From Octopus sinensis (Eukaryota): DNA of 64,000 nt. Shown here piece by piece: positions 1-13,984 of this stretch. The position numbers and the translations under genes are program-made. The stretch lies in NCBI RefSeq assembly GCF_006345805.1, contig NC_042998.1:67332001-67396000 (forward strand). Direction: 5' to 3'. A model generated the notes under the pieces. It did not search any database and was not told the origin of the DNA. It saw nothing but the letters and a program-made list of their open reading frames with translations. The stretch's first letter is position 1. The number at the start of each line of letters is the position of its first letter.

Positions 1-165
1 CCTATCTGTACGTGTGTATTTCTTCGTGTGTACCCATGTTCTTGTGCGATTGTCAATTTCATTTAACACAGTGCTTAATCTATCGATTCCAATCACGGTG
101 GGATTTGAACTCAGATAAACAAATAAGACTAAATATGTCATATTATAACATTACATATTTATTCT

Positions 166-297
166 TATTCGTCTATATTTAAGTTCCGAGTTCATATTCC
201 GCCGTGGTCGATTTTGCCTTTCATCCTTTTGGAATACATAAATGAAATTGACAAGCCCCCTCCCACCAAATTTTCAGACCTTGTGCCTACATTAGAA
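166..297 (+). mobile_element. tRNA-derived SINE family S1, 5'-truncated diverged copy
   Basis: B-box-like GAGTTCATATTCCGCCG followed by GATTTTGCCTTTCATCCTTT, matching the full S1 copies at 55804 and 58907. Confidence 0.8.
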
Positions 298-671
298 TGT
301 CTCCAAGACTCATCCAGAGACCTTATCCGAGAAGTTAGAAAGTCAATTAGGTATTATACATAGGGTGTTTAATACCTGCTATGTTTTTGAACGTCTACAA
401 AGCCTTGTTTGCCTTTAATTATTTTGTGAATTAATTATTTGATTTATCTTTTAATTCCTTTTTTATCTTAGTTCCTCTTAATTACATTATAATTATGTAT
501 TCTAATTTTTAATTTTGTTCAAATCGAATATCTTCTTTTATGAAAAGTATATCGGCTAATTTCCTTTAGAATTTATATTAACTCAACTTGTCCTTTATCT
601 ACGCATAGCCTATATTTAGAATTAATACTGACCAAATGACATTCTTCATGACCTATATATATATATATATA

Positions 672-1037
<366 letters not shown>

Positions 1038-1934
1038 CATCTACTGAACTGTTAAGGTCAATATACCTCTTCTGTATATTTGAGTTGGTCAGAATGGATA
1101 AATTTTGACATACAGATTCTTCAAGTTGAGAGTAGGATTAAAGAAAGTAAATATCATATTACAATTTTAGCACGATCTGATAAATACAATTTTTAAGTAC
1201 GTCTGCTGAAATACATTCCGAATACTTATACTCGTAAAATATTGTTATGATTTACTACATACTATCATCATATCAGTTGCTCTCTATTTCAAGTAGTATG
1301 GTATAGCTTTGATTAGAATAGGACGATGTTTAACTTCTATATCTTTGTAGAATCTCAATAGATCAAAAATGAGGAAAGTCAATATGTATGAATACATCAT
1401 AGAATTTTAGATTTTTCAATCTGCGTAAACTGTATTTAAACAAAAATTTATGATTTTCCAGTTTTTTACCTTTTTTACTTTACTCTGTGATCTTATACTA
1501 AATTTGTTTAGTGTTTGGACTTTGGGTTAAAAAACTTGACAGACAGCGAAAAGTAATTTTAAGGCCTTCGTGGATTACAATGGTTCTTGGTGGATATTAA
1601 TGTTAGCCAGGTTTCGCTATTGCAGTGTTATAAACACTCTGTAGGAAGCAAAGTTGCCTAACGAAATTGTCCATCGAAAGCCATAATCATCTACGTAGGC
1701 TTTAGAGTAATTTTCTATGCTTTTATTTTTTATGGCTCACGGGTTTCATGGGTCGACACTTATGAAGCTGGTTTCAAATGAAGGGATCATGCATTTATAT
1801 CAGGTTTCCAGAAGATCCAAAAGGCACGTAAAGTTATGTAAGTGCTACAGAAGGATCGCTGTTAGACTCCTGCTTCGATAATAGTATGAGTGAGGAGTCT
1901 AACGCGGGTCGGGTGTAAGCGTGTGTAGGTTAAA

Positions 1935-2270
1935 TAAAATGAGACAACAAAACCAAGGTAGTGTGAAATTTCTGAGATATTTTACAAAGGGAAGGGGAGT
2001 CTTACAGCTGTTTTAGGGATATAAAAGATATCCTATCATCAGAGACGATATGAGAGAGTTAAATAGAGGAAATAGTAGATTTCAAATAAGAAGTTATTTT
2101 GGAAGGGAGAGATATAGGAAGTATAAAGGGAAATATAAGGATAACAATAAAGATATGTGTTGGATGTTTACTTGTTCCATTATCCAGGAATGTGTTGTGT
2201 GGAAAGATAAAAAGCTTCTGGTCCATGAATGGAAGTTCCGGTAGGAGTTGTTATTTTTGTTATAAAATGT
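1935..2270 (-). mobile_element. Penelope-like element 3' remnant (possible GIY-YIG tail, pyrimidine-rich segment, decayed hammerhead)
   Basis: Minus strand reads MDQKLFIFPHNTFLDNG, resembling the E-x-K-x-I-F..T..P-x-G C-terminus of PLE endonucleases, then a C/T-rich tract, then the hammerhead fold at 2046-1999. Confidence 0.5.
1999..2046 (-). ncRNA. type I hammerhead ribozyme motif, G12 lost (probably inactive)
   Basis: GTCT-CTGATGA-TA GGATAT ctttt ATATCC CT-AAAA-CAGCTG-T-A-AGAC: helix I GTCT/AGAC, intact CTGATGA, 6-bp helix II core, palindromic ACAGCTGT; GAAA reads AAAA. Confidence 0.65.
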
Positions 2271-2336
2271 CCTAGAAAGTTCATACTGCCTTGGCTTTTT
2301 GTCTCATTTTACTTCACACACACACACACACTATAT

Positions 2337-2383
<47 letters not shown>

Positions 2384-2400
2384 TATATATATATAATATC

Positions 2401-2440
<40 letters not shown>

Positions 2441-2797
2441 TATATAATATATATATGAGGTAGACAAATGTTTCTGTGCGTAATGACCGAATTAAGCACA
2501 CCAAGACCACTAATGTTTTTTTTACTCTTTGTTATTCGATTTCTGGTCATCACCAAGCACCATGATTCTGATGAGGTAGCATAAATTTTCGAGGTCGCTC
2601 AATTTTTTTTTCAACCGATTAATGGACCGAGTGAGTAATCCAATCAAAAACGAACCGAAAATGACTCTCGGAAACAGCTCAGAGTCAGATTTACTATGAT
2701 GAAGAAATTGCAATGACCAATTTTTATACCTTGTTTTGTATGTATATACAAGGATAGAGAGAGCGAGGAGAGAGAGGCTTTAACTTTACACACTACA

Positions 2798-2863
2798 ACA
2801 GTTGAGAAACACTTTACATAAAGGACACCGCAATCTAGCTCTTATTAGTTTAGAACGGTGAGT
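2798..2863 (+). promoter_or_regulatory. possible TSS and short non-coding first exon
   Basis: Inr-like ACAGTT at 2798 after a GA-rich tract, consensus donor ACG|GTGAGT at 2857/2858, CpG-retaining flank; motif-only evidence. Confidence 0.25.
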
Positions 2864-3170
2864 GAGAGAGCGTGTGCTTATGCGCGTAGCCATGTGTTTT
2901 ATGTACGAGTGCGCGCGTACCCGTTGTTTTCGTTGTGTTTGTGAGGTCTAAAGTAGTGCGTAGCCACATTTTAATATCTGATTAACTGAAAAAAAGGTGC
3001 TTCGTCGAACACATTTCTGACTGCTGATTTTATCTGAGATTAAATTTAATATATCAGTGATTAAATGATATTAACACAAGTTTGTATCATTCCTAGAATA
3101 TATTTTCATGAAAGTTTTTCATAATTCATAATTTATTGTCATTTTTTTAATCTCCCGTTCCTTTACTATT

Positions 3171-3209
<39 letters not shown>

Positions 3210-3454
3210 GTACTTTTAAATTAAGAAAAAAATTAAATATTCATACTTGAAGTATGAATATTTAATGTTTTCCTTAATTGAGAAGTACGTATGGAACATT
3301 ATTTCAATTTGTAATGTAGATAAAAAGAAAATTGTAGATGCTTTATGGATGTTATGTGAACATTTCCAAAAATATGGAAATATATTGGTTAAATATTTTA
3401 GATTTTGGAACAAGGCCACCAAGTTCGTGGGAAGAGAAGTAGGTCGATTACATC

Positions 3455-3600
3455 GATCTGAGTTCATACCTGTTATTTTTGTTATTGACCCCTGAATGCA
3501 AAGTCGACATCGGCGGAATTTGAACTCAGAACGTACAGATGGACGAAATACCGCTATGCATTTTGCCCGGTGGGGCTAACGATTCAGCCACCTCACCGAC
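3455..3600 (-). mobile_element. SINE S1 copy
   Basis: Reverse complement of S1 head: CGGCGGAATTTGAACTCAGAACGTA...GACGAAATACCGCTATGCATTTTGCCCGG. Confidence 0.85.
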
Positions 3601-3736
3601 TAAACAGTATGTACCTATAATAGTAATGAAATTAGCACTACCTTCTTCAATATCATATGCAACTGTTCGTCATTAACTTCTCAAATCTACGGATGCACAT
3701 ATATCTATACAGACTTACATATACATGCATAACTGT

Positions 3737-4047
3737 AAACACACACACACACACACTCTCTCTCTCTCTCTCACTCACTCTCTCTCTCTCACTCACTCAC
3801 TCTCTCTCACTCACTCTCTCTCTCTCTCAAACACATATACACATACACACATATATATATATACATTTATTTATATATGTGTGTGTATGTGTGTATGTGT
3901 GTATACAAATATACATATAGATAGACAGACAGACAGACAGACAGATAGATAGACAGAGAGATAGATTGATAGATAGATAGATAGATTCGTACGTACATAC
4001 ATACATACATACATACATACATACATACATAATACTTACGTACATAC
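3737..4047. repeat. compound microsatellite (CA)/(CT)/(TA)/(GACA)/(GATA)/(CATA)
   Basis: Direct reading; explains the overlapping YVCM/IYLS ORFs. Confidence 0.95.
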
Positions 4048-4145
4048 ATGCATAGATTTATTCATTCCTTTTATGAGTCAGCGCAAATGTTGGGGCCATT
4101 TTGGAGCACTGCCAGTGTATTCAACATTTCAGTGACCATTGTTAC

Positions 4146-4720
4146 GCGAATGGCTTTTGATGGAGGAGGGAATTCGACTGAGCTGCCCTCTTTTGAGTTT
4201 CTAGCCGCGATATATGTTATTATTGGATGTTGGACAGCAGAGCAAGTTGTTTCTCGAAAGCACTTAACACTACTCCATGAAGGTCCCTCAGATGTTATGG
4301 CAAGGTGTTAAATAGATGTGGATCATTAAAGCCCAAGTTACTATGGTAAATGGAAATCACTCCAGACAACATAGCTGAGACTTTTGACCAGCTAAGTGAC
4401 ATCCAGCTCTAGATACCAAAGTTTGGTGCCAGCCCCTCCAGGATCTTCCACGTGCATGTCACTGCATACCTCTCCCGTCGCCTCACCAGAGGGAGAATAA
4501 TAGCTCTTTCAGTCTCTCCCAGTAGCTCAGCTGTTCCATTGATGCAATTTCCTTTGAGAAGCACCGTTTAATTTTCCCAAGTTCCGCTATTGATATGGCA
4601 CTGTGAGGTGACCAGAGCTGAAAGCAGACTCAGAATCCATCCGGCCATTCACCTGCATATTGACACCATTTGGTCATATATACGTGAAACTAAGCCTCGT
4701 TGCTCATATCAGTTCCTAGA
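4146..4720 (-). mobile_element. CR1-like LINE ORF2 C-terminal fragment, degenerate
   Basis: Minus strand gives ...ASMEQLSYWERLKEL..RRRERYAVTCTWKILEGLAPNFGI...FNTLP...RDLHG..RAAQSNSLLHQK with stops and frameshifts. Confidence 0.8.
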
Positions 4721-5668
4721 TCACGTATTGCACTTGACTACAGGATTGATACAGACTTCTAATATGTTTTTGTGTGTGTATGTATGTGAAGTTGTGTATA
4801 TTTATATATGTGTGTGCTTGTATGTATGTATGTATGCATATTTATGTATATGTGCGTGGATGTGAGCACATCTGTCCGTGAGTAACTACGCCTACATATT
4901 CGTTGATGTACTTAACTTTGTCCATAAGTATGAGCGATCGTTAACGAATGAAAAGCAATATAAAATAATAAATGATAGACATCCTGCCGATTTCTCTGTA
5001 ACCCGATATTTCTAATTTATTCAGAGATCCAGTGGCAACACCGAGATTTTAGTAGCTTTACAATAAGTCATTATTGCTCTCATGAGAAGGCTCATTCTTT
5101 GACCTAATCGAAGTCGTTGTTTTAATTCATACAACACTTATCTCGTCGATGAAATTAGAAACACTAAATGCTAGTAACACAATGCAGTGTCTGAAGACTT
5201 GACACTGCAATCAGATTGTATACTTAATCTTATATAAGTGATATTTATGTTAAGCATCACCCGGAAGATTACGTAACTAGGTATTATAAAAACGTACTCT
5301 CCTTTTCAGCTTCACTTAATGTTGTGTCTCTCTCTTTCTCTCCTTCTCCCTCTCCCTCCCTCTCTCTTTCTCTCTCCCTCTCTCACGCACATTTAATGTA
5401 CATCATATATATATATTATTCTTTTTAGGTAATCAACTTGAAACTGTTTTAAGTATTACAAGATATGACATTTAATATTGGGTTATGCTAGCCTCAATAC
5501 AAGACCCAAATGTATTAATGAAACTCATCTTGCCTCGGTTGATAAACTTCGTCTGGAAATTTATGCTTCTAGAGTGTTTAAATACATCATCGGAAATTAA
5601 AGTCGCCGATATATATCATACAAATACATACATATATATATGTATATATATGTATATATATATATATA

Positions 5669-5741
<73 letters not shown>

Positions 5742-5980
5742 TAACTTCTAAACTGGAGTGGGACAGCATGCTCTCTTATCTATCTTCTTAAATTCTTGGA
5801 GATTTTAGGTATAATTATACTAATGTGTCCTTCTGTTCTAATTAAAATTAAATTACATGTTCTTGTGCAGTTGAAGATTGCTCTGCATTTTAAAATGATT
5901 AATGATTGCATTGTTCAGTTAAATGGAGTTGCATGAAACGATCGTACTGCATTACCTCTGGATATCCTTGTTGCTTATTT

Positions 5981-6020
<40 letters not shown>

Positions 6021-6299
6021 ATTGAGAGAGAGAGAGAGAGAGAGAGCGGTGAGAGAGAGAGTAGAAAAAATCGCGACCGGCCAGCCACGAGATTGGCGAG
6101 GAACGATTTTTTTCTCCGATATATGGATAGTTTACTCTGTACATGCTATTGTATTAGCATTATCCTGCGTTGGAGAATAATTTATTTCTGTATCTTTCAA
6201 TACATTCGAACGTTTCTAAAGCAAACTCTGTTTGTTTACTTTCCTTGTAAGTTAAATATGTGTGTGTGTGCTCAGGGATCCTCAGAATTTCCAATCTAG

Positions 6300-6720
6300 T
6301 GAACATGAAACCATCGTCCTTCTCTTCTCCACATTCGCTAGGTCCCACCTCGAATACTGCTGCTCATTGTGGTATCCCTCTATAAAACAAGGCATAATGA
6401 GGTTCGAAGCTCCATAAAGATCAATCACAAGAAAAGTAAATGGCCTGATGGGACTTGATTATTGGGCTCCACTTAAACAGCTGAAACTCTATTCTCTGCA
6501 ACGCCGGCGTGAGCGATACATACTTTGCACCACATGCAAAATATTCCAACAATATGATCCAAATGATATTGGTATTATGCTTACAATTCACCCAAGAATA
6601 GGCCCTCGTGCAATGCATCCCCTACAAAGGTCGAGATCACATCACGTAAGAACATTGCGACACAATTTCTTCACTGCAAATGGTCCTGCACTTTCATCTT
6701 CCCAGCCCCGAAATTTCTAA
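6300..6720 (+). mobile_element. CR1-like LINE ORF2 C-terminal fragment
   Basis: RSHLEYCCSLWYP...GLDYWAPLKQLKLYSLQRRRERY...NFFTANGPAL; one in-frame stop upstream of ORF 6448..6720. Confidence 0.85.
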
Positions 6721-7310
6721 GACCATTTTTATTGGGTCACAACAGAAAAATTATTCACTTAATAAGTTTCAATTTCTCGAAAAAATATATCATCCTGGCA
6801 CTTGTTAAAAAGAAATGTAAACTTGGCGTCCAATCATAGCTGCTTTCAGTATTCTATTTATTCATTACCATTTTGTGATGTGAGTGTATATTTCTGTGAT
6901 GCATAGAGTATTCTACTGTAACAAATTGATTTTAGTTGAAAAGCCATCGAGTAATGGGGAGAAGAGGAAATTGACAACAATAGAGAAATAAATACAAGAA
7001 GCTATCAATGAAATGACCGAGTCTTAAGGGACGAGTGTCTTGTAGGAAATACAATCAGAATTGACTGTGTTGGAAGTAATTTGGTTTCCGGATTGTCTTT
7101 TAGCTTTGGGAATCAATTAAAGTTGCTTCAAGTTTCTTAACTTTCATAAATAATCAATCCAAAATTATTTCTCTTGCGACCTTGTCTAATATTCAACATG
7201 ATGCTGGAAGAATTTATTGATTATATGCGCACACACACGCAATTTCTCGCATACACACTCACACACACACGCACCACCACACCCACGAATATTTGTAAGC
7301 ATATATATAT

Positions 7311-7344
<34 letters not shown>

Positions 7345-7740
7345 ATATAATATATATGTATATGAGAGTGTGCGTGTAAACTAAAAAATGGAAAATTCAA
7401 GTGAGTCTCTTCAAACGTAGATAGATATATGTTACTTTACAAACAGATTCAAGCGAAAACGATAAGTAATTATTTTCCTGTGATATTCAATTAGATAGAC
7501 CTCGATATTTTTCTAAGTTATACTTCATTTTTTCACGTCCTCTGAGATCTAAGATTTGAGCTTGTAGTATTAATTCAAAATAAAATGTCATTTGTTTTCA
7601 AGCACAATAGTTCCAGAAATACTAATACATCAGCACTAATACATCACGAAAAATATGTGGCATTTCTTATAGGTATTTTTAAAACTACTTTTAGGGTAAC
7701 AATTATTTTGGTGCGAGCACAGGCACACACATGTGTACAT

Positions 7741-7797
<57 letters not shown>

Positions 7798-7874
7798 AGC
7801 GTGTGTGTGTGAATATGCATATATGTATTATATATTTATATATATTATATATATATATATTATATATATACATT

Positions 7875-7924
<50 letters not shown>

Positions 7925-8194
7925 TGGTGTGTGTATATATATGTATGTCTGTATATATATAATTATATATATATTTGTTAGTTTTATATGTTCATGAATC
8001 CTCAGTATAATTCTTCTTGGCAATGCACCAAATTCGGTTATAAATTGCTTTGTAATTCCCATGCATATAGTGGAAAAAAGAATGAAGAATTTGATAATGG
8101 TATAGTGTATGTTATGATGTATGCTAATAGATACATACAAATATATATACGGGTATATAATTATGTATATATATATATATATATATATATGTAA

Positions 8195-8271
8195 TAACAA
8201 TTTAACAAATAAAACATATGCCTACATACATACATATATGTACATACCTACATCTATATGTATACATACAA

Positions 8272-8342
<71 letters not shown>

Positions 8343-8490
8343 TACAGGACACCACAAATAAACGTAGAACACAACGAGAAACGAAAACATAAAAATCAAA
8401 CAAGGAAACGGACTTTTTTCAACGACGAAAAAAGTCCGTTTCTTTTTTGAATTTCTCGTTGTGTTCTACGTTTATTTGCGGTGCCCTGTA

Positions 8491-8585
<95 letters not shown>

Positions 8586-8660
8586 TGTATATATACATAT
8601 AGATGTAGGTATGTACATATATATATGTATGTATGCATAGGTTTATTTGTTAAATTGTTA
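8195..8660. mobile_element. nested fold-back element, family C
   Basis: Outer arms TAACAATTTAACAAATAAA...CCTACATCTATATG and its reverse complement; (TA)n spacers; inner arms 8340-8381 and ~8452-8493; central hairpin AAACGGACTTTTTT/AAAAAAGTCCGTTT. Confidence 0.8.
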
Positions 8661-8704
8661 TATGATTGAACACCTCGCGTCACTTTCTTATTTCTCCAAG
8701 TAAG

Positions 8705-8742
<38 letters not shown>

Positions 8743-8824
8743 CATACATACACACAATATATGTGTGTATATATGTTTATGTATTTATATATATGTATAT
8801 ACGTATATGCATATATCTATACAC

Positions 8825-8887
<63 letters not shown>

Positions 8888-9354
8888 TTTGAAAACTTTA
8901 AAAAACCTGACAGGTGATTAAATGTTGGAATAAATTGAAATTAAAATCTTTCGCTATTTTTCAAAGATTAAGGTAAATTAAAATACTTGAAACGTTACGC
9001 ATGTTTTAAAAAAATGAAAGCTTTGAATACTTTTACTTCAACAATATGCTCACACTGATTGACATACATATGAACCGAAGTTTGATGTTCTGTAATTGTA
9101 TTCATGTTCGTCATAAACTTCTGTTGATTGTGATGGACAAGGAATATTATCACACCTGACAGAACATAATTAAATTAATATTTCAGCTTACAATTTCTGT
9201 AAATACTCAACACATTTCAGTTATTTAGCTTTCAATATATGTGAAAGTGTTTGATGATGTGTATGTTTGAAGTTATAAAAAATAATCAAAATAATAATAT
9301 ACAGTCGACTCATAAAAACAAAACCCACACGCATATATACGTATGTATATAATA

Positions 9355-9401
<47 letters not shown>

Positions 9402-9447
9402 GTATGTGTATGTATATATATGTATATATAATATATATATGTATGTG

Positions 9448-9501
<54 letters not shown>

Positions 9502-9868
9502 TTGTGCGTGCGTGTATATAGTATGTGCGTACATATAAACGCATACTGCACTCTGTTAATTCACCTGAGGTATTTAATCATTCAGAGTTTAGAACAACTC
9601 ATTAAATATTCGGTCATATGATGTTATATTTACATGAATTGAACTAGCAGGAAAGAATGCACTTCAAATTAGTAACACAAAGAGATGTGAATGCTCTAGA
9701 CGTTTCGGAGAATATTCATCTTACTTGCCACTGTTGAACTAAAGAAAGTTACTCACTTAACCCCAAAATATATGTGTCGTTGAGCTCGCGAGAGTTTGGT
9801 ACATAAATAGATTGGAATTGATGACTTATGTTTGTAATAAGTAACATAAGATAAAAGAAAGATTAATG

Positions 9869-10325
9869 TGCGAGGGTCGGCTGAAGTGTTCATAGGCTGA
9901 CCAACATATTCTCATGGAATGTGACCAAATGATGTTTATTTTTCAACACATATCTTCCATCGGTGTTGCAGTTCTTGGATACCATTGATGAAGAAGTTTT
10001 CATCCGGTTGGTCAAAAACGTCATCAACAGAAAATTATGCTGTTATCATCACTCTGATACTGGCTCCCACCAAGTGTCTTTTTTATGATGGGTAACAGAT
10101 GATAGTCTGATGGGACCAAATTAGGAGAATACGGAGGGTGATCAACCAGCTCAGAACCATAGTCCCACACAGCAGCCATTGAAACAAAATACTAGTGTTC
10201 TTCAGCATTGTTCTGATGAAACAAGATGACATTCGTCAGTTTTTCTAGACGTTTGGTCTTGGTAGCCTTCCGTAACTTCTCCCGCTAATTGATATATTAT
10301 TCTCCATTCATGGTGTGACATGCTT
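9869..10325 (-). mobile_element. mariner (DD34D) transposase 3' fragment with terminal repeat
   Basis: Minus strand WDYGSELVDHPPYSPNLVPSDYHLLPIIKKTLGG...FFINGIQELQHRW; TIR-like CGAGGGTCGGCTGAA..GTTCATAGGCTGA at 9871. Confidence 0.9.
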
Positions 10326-12855
10326 CAAGATATTCAATAAATTACCGCTATTCAAATTGGAGTTGAAACATCTGCTGCTGAATTTGCGTTTAAGTGGCTG
10401 AGTATTCCTCTGAAACGTGCATACTTATCTTAATTCTCAGGCTGCATCAGCATGACTTAATGTTTGGCAAAGAAGTATCTACTGAATTACAAATAGACTA
10501 CACCTGACATGCTTCCATACAGTTCGTCTACTTTATTTCACTCTGAACGTATGGGGTATATTGAGATCATACAAAATAGCATTTGCCTGACTCACCACGA
10601 AACTTTGTGATTACAAAGCGAACTTCTTCAACATTCGGTTTACGGTGCCAGCTCTTATACTATACTGCGAATTCTCTTTTTAATGGCATATATAATTTCA
10701 GCATCATATGTATGACTTCAGGATTACATATGTACTTGAGTGTAAGCGTGTGTGCATGTGTGTGAGTGTGTTTCTGATAGGCATGAGAGTATGAATGCTA
10801 TTCTTTCTTATATGTGAGTATGCGTTCTGTAAACATCTGAACTATAATTCCTTATTGTGCTGTTCGCTAAAGGTAAATGTTTCTAGACGTTACGGTCGTG
10901 TATTATTAAACGAGATAATAGATATTTTCATAGAAGTTAATTTTTTCAATTTGTAAGTCCACATCCCTATATGAATCTTACTGTTTAAAAAGTATCCGTC
11001 CACATATTTTATTAAAGCCGCAAAACTCTTCACTTGTTTTACATTAATATTAAACTTTCAAATTTGACAGCGAACGTTTTTCAAATACAAGAGTATAATC
11101 CTTTTAATCATATACAAAAAGCTTTACAGTTAGTATATTGAGTATTTATATTTGTATTAAACCTCATAAACTAAAACAACACAATTCTAATAACATACAT
11201 TTTACAAGATAAAAGCCTAATGAATAAATAAATTTTACATTAACTACAACACTCATAACCAAACAAACACTAATATAAGAAGAAACTAAACCCTATAATG
11301 TGATATAAAATTAAACACTCACAATGGATCTACGTCATTTTCGATATATTCTTAATGTCACTGTTTTTTTTCTTTCTTTTTACCCACGTACTCGACTACA
11401 AGTGTATGGATGGAAATATATATGTCCTTTTCAGACCGTGTTTTGTTTGAATATTCTTTTGCTTTCTTTGCTTTCATGTGAGAGATTTTTCCCTTCAAGA
11501 TGTCATCACTTACATCTACTTCTTGTCACTTTCCTTGTTTTGGAATTAGAGATATACATTGTTTTTTCTCTTCGTTCTTTTCTGGATTTTTCCACTGGCA
11601 AAATACTGTTTTCAATCTTAGAAAATTCTTGTACCTGCATTTTTTGAACTGTGGTATGTCTAAAACTTTTGTTCAACTTGTTAAGTATTGACACTACTGC
11701 AGTATGAACGGTTATATCGTTTGAATCCGTAAAAGAATCATCACCGTTATTGCTTCTGCTGTTAATGCTGTCATTAAAATTACGTTTTGAGTCTTGAGAA
11801 TATTTTTTTGTTAGTTTCATCTATTCCTTTTTTCATTAAAATGCCTAAGTTTCTCCTCTTTTATTACATCAAGTGGTGTGTTTTGACTTTGTATTTTTCC
11901 CGTTATCATTTTTTTATTCACATATGGCAGTGTTCAGTTATATGGCCTATACGTTTGGGAACAATTTTGGTTAAAAACACAATGCATTTTAAAACTTAAA
12001 AAAAGAAAACTTTTTGTTGTCTACTCCAGTTTATTGAGGGCAAACTTTCCCTAGTATTTATAGTGCTTTTTTTTTGTTTTAAGTACACTGAAAGAAACCT
12101 TCATTTGATAATGCTTGAATAAGTGATGTCACGAAAAATGACTGAAAAAGACATCCTCAAACAATGAGACTCAATAACGAAAATGATAATAATAAAAAGT
12201 TTCAATAACAAAGAATCAACGATTTTCCTAAAGTAAACCCAAAGCAGGTGAACAGGATAGTAATACTCTCTAATTCAAAAAATACTCGACTGTGAAATTA
12301 ACTTTTATGGCCATTTTTTCGAAATAATTTTCACTTAAAATAACATTTTCAAATATTCAATTTAATGTTGGACGTAACAGTAAAAACTAAAAGAGAGTGT
12401 GTCAGATTGCAAAGTGGTTAACACGATATTAAGTGAATATTTCACAGATGAATTATAACTTTCCTTCTGAGAACGCTTCTAGTAAGCATCGACACTAAAA
12501 TGTGATACGGCCAACTCTGTGTAACATAGAATTACCAGAACCCATATAAAAGAACCGTTTCCAGGTGATGTGCATCTGTTAACTTTCTGAACGGACGGCC
12601 AAATCGCGTTGGATCCAATGATATATGGGGTGAGCGATAATGTCCCTAAGGAAAATAAGACCATTGTATTCATAGAAAACGCAAGTGAACGTTACTTGTC
12701 TTGCATATAATTATCTTCATAGATAGTAAAGCTATCACTGAAGTGGAAAGTGTGTGATATTTTATTGCCGAGTCACTGAGTATTGGGAAACCTAAATCAT
12801 GTCAGTGATATATTTCATTTCTGTATAACGACCACAAGTAATGTGTGTGTGTGCG

Positions 12856-12896
<41 letters not shown>

Positions 12897-13125
12897 ATAA
12901 GTGGAGGAGATATTAAGCATTATTGTGCTTGTATTAAATCACGAAATTTGAATACTTTATTTCAAATCCATGATTTTGAAATGCATTTCCACTGCTGGTC
13001 GCTTAATTCATTTAGGTTGTTGTGAGAAATTCCTGTATTATATCTCAACTTACAAGATCCCTAATATTTGCAGTATTAACATGTTACTGATATAGAAAAT
13101 AATAGATAAATATAAACATTTAGTG

Positions 13126-13358
13126 CAGTGGTTTACGACCATTTTTTGCCTATGGGCCTCTAATTTCTAGCTCAATCTAATCGACCATATGAAACACGCA
13201 ATCCCATTGTATTTTGATAATGTTATTAGGAATTGTATAAAAACTTAAACTATTTTGCGTATTGTAGAGGTATAAGCTATTTATTGCACATGAATTTTAG
13301 CAACAAAATCTTACAAGGACCCTCAAAGTAAATGTGGACCCCCAGCTGAGAACAACTG
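13126..13358. mobile_element. hAT/Charlie-like MITE, diverged
   Basis: Termini CAGTGGTTTACGACC and GCTGAGAACAACTG approximate CAGTGGTTCTCAA-type TIRs; no clean 8-bp TSD. Confidence 0.45.
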
Positions 13359-13903
13359 CTTTATTAGATACAAGGAATATTGATTCAAAATATGTAGTTC
13401 GATGGTAAATTATAAGATATAAGATGAAAAGATAAGCTGTGGAGAAATTGTAGTGAAAACCAAGGTTAATTAAAATTAACCTTCATTCACACAGGAAATA
13501 TGCATTCGAAATCATATATCAAATAGCCAGTCCAAAATGTATGTTTTGGGTTTGCTGCCTATTGATTTAGTGTTTACACATTTCTGTATGCAGCGAGAAA
13601 CTTTATCCTTGATAAAATACAATGAGTGGCTTTCTTCTTGATGTGAATATGCCTCAGGCATATTTGAACTGGTAACAACTCGGCAGAAATATTATAGTGT
13701 CCTAACATGGAACGCCTTATGTCCACACAAGTGGACGCCTTATGTCATTTCTCCCTGCTGTTTCCGTTCTGATTACAAAGGACTCGTTGTAAAGTTTGGT
13801 TTTTATCTTACTGTGTTTAGTTCCAAAAAAATAATACAAAGGTATTGGGAAGAAAAACTTATTAGGGGTTTCGAAAAATATACCTTGTGGTATTAGTTCT
13901 GAC

Positions 13904-13960
13904 ACTTAGCAGCATTTCGTCCGTCTTTACGTTCTGATTTCAAATTCGATGAGAGCCACT
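13904..13960 (+). mobile_element. SINE S1 fragment
   Basis: CTTAGCAGCATTTCGTCCGTCTTTACGTTCTGATTTCAAATTC matches the S1 head. Confidence 0.75.
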
Positions 13961-13984
13961 ACTTAATACTGCAGCAGGGCATAT

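Noticed and set aside
2568-2686. CTGATGA at 2568 and GACTCT-CG-GAAACAGCT-C-AGAGTC at 2663-2686 as a hammerhead
   Set aside because: The boxes are ~95 nt apart with no helix II joining them, and no UH follows the palindrome; at most a deleted remnant
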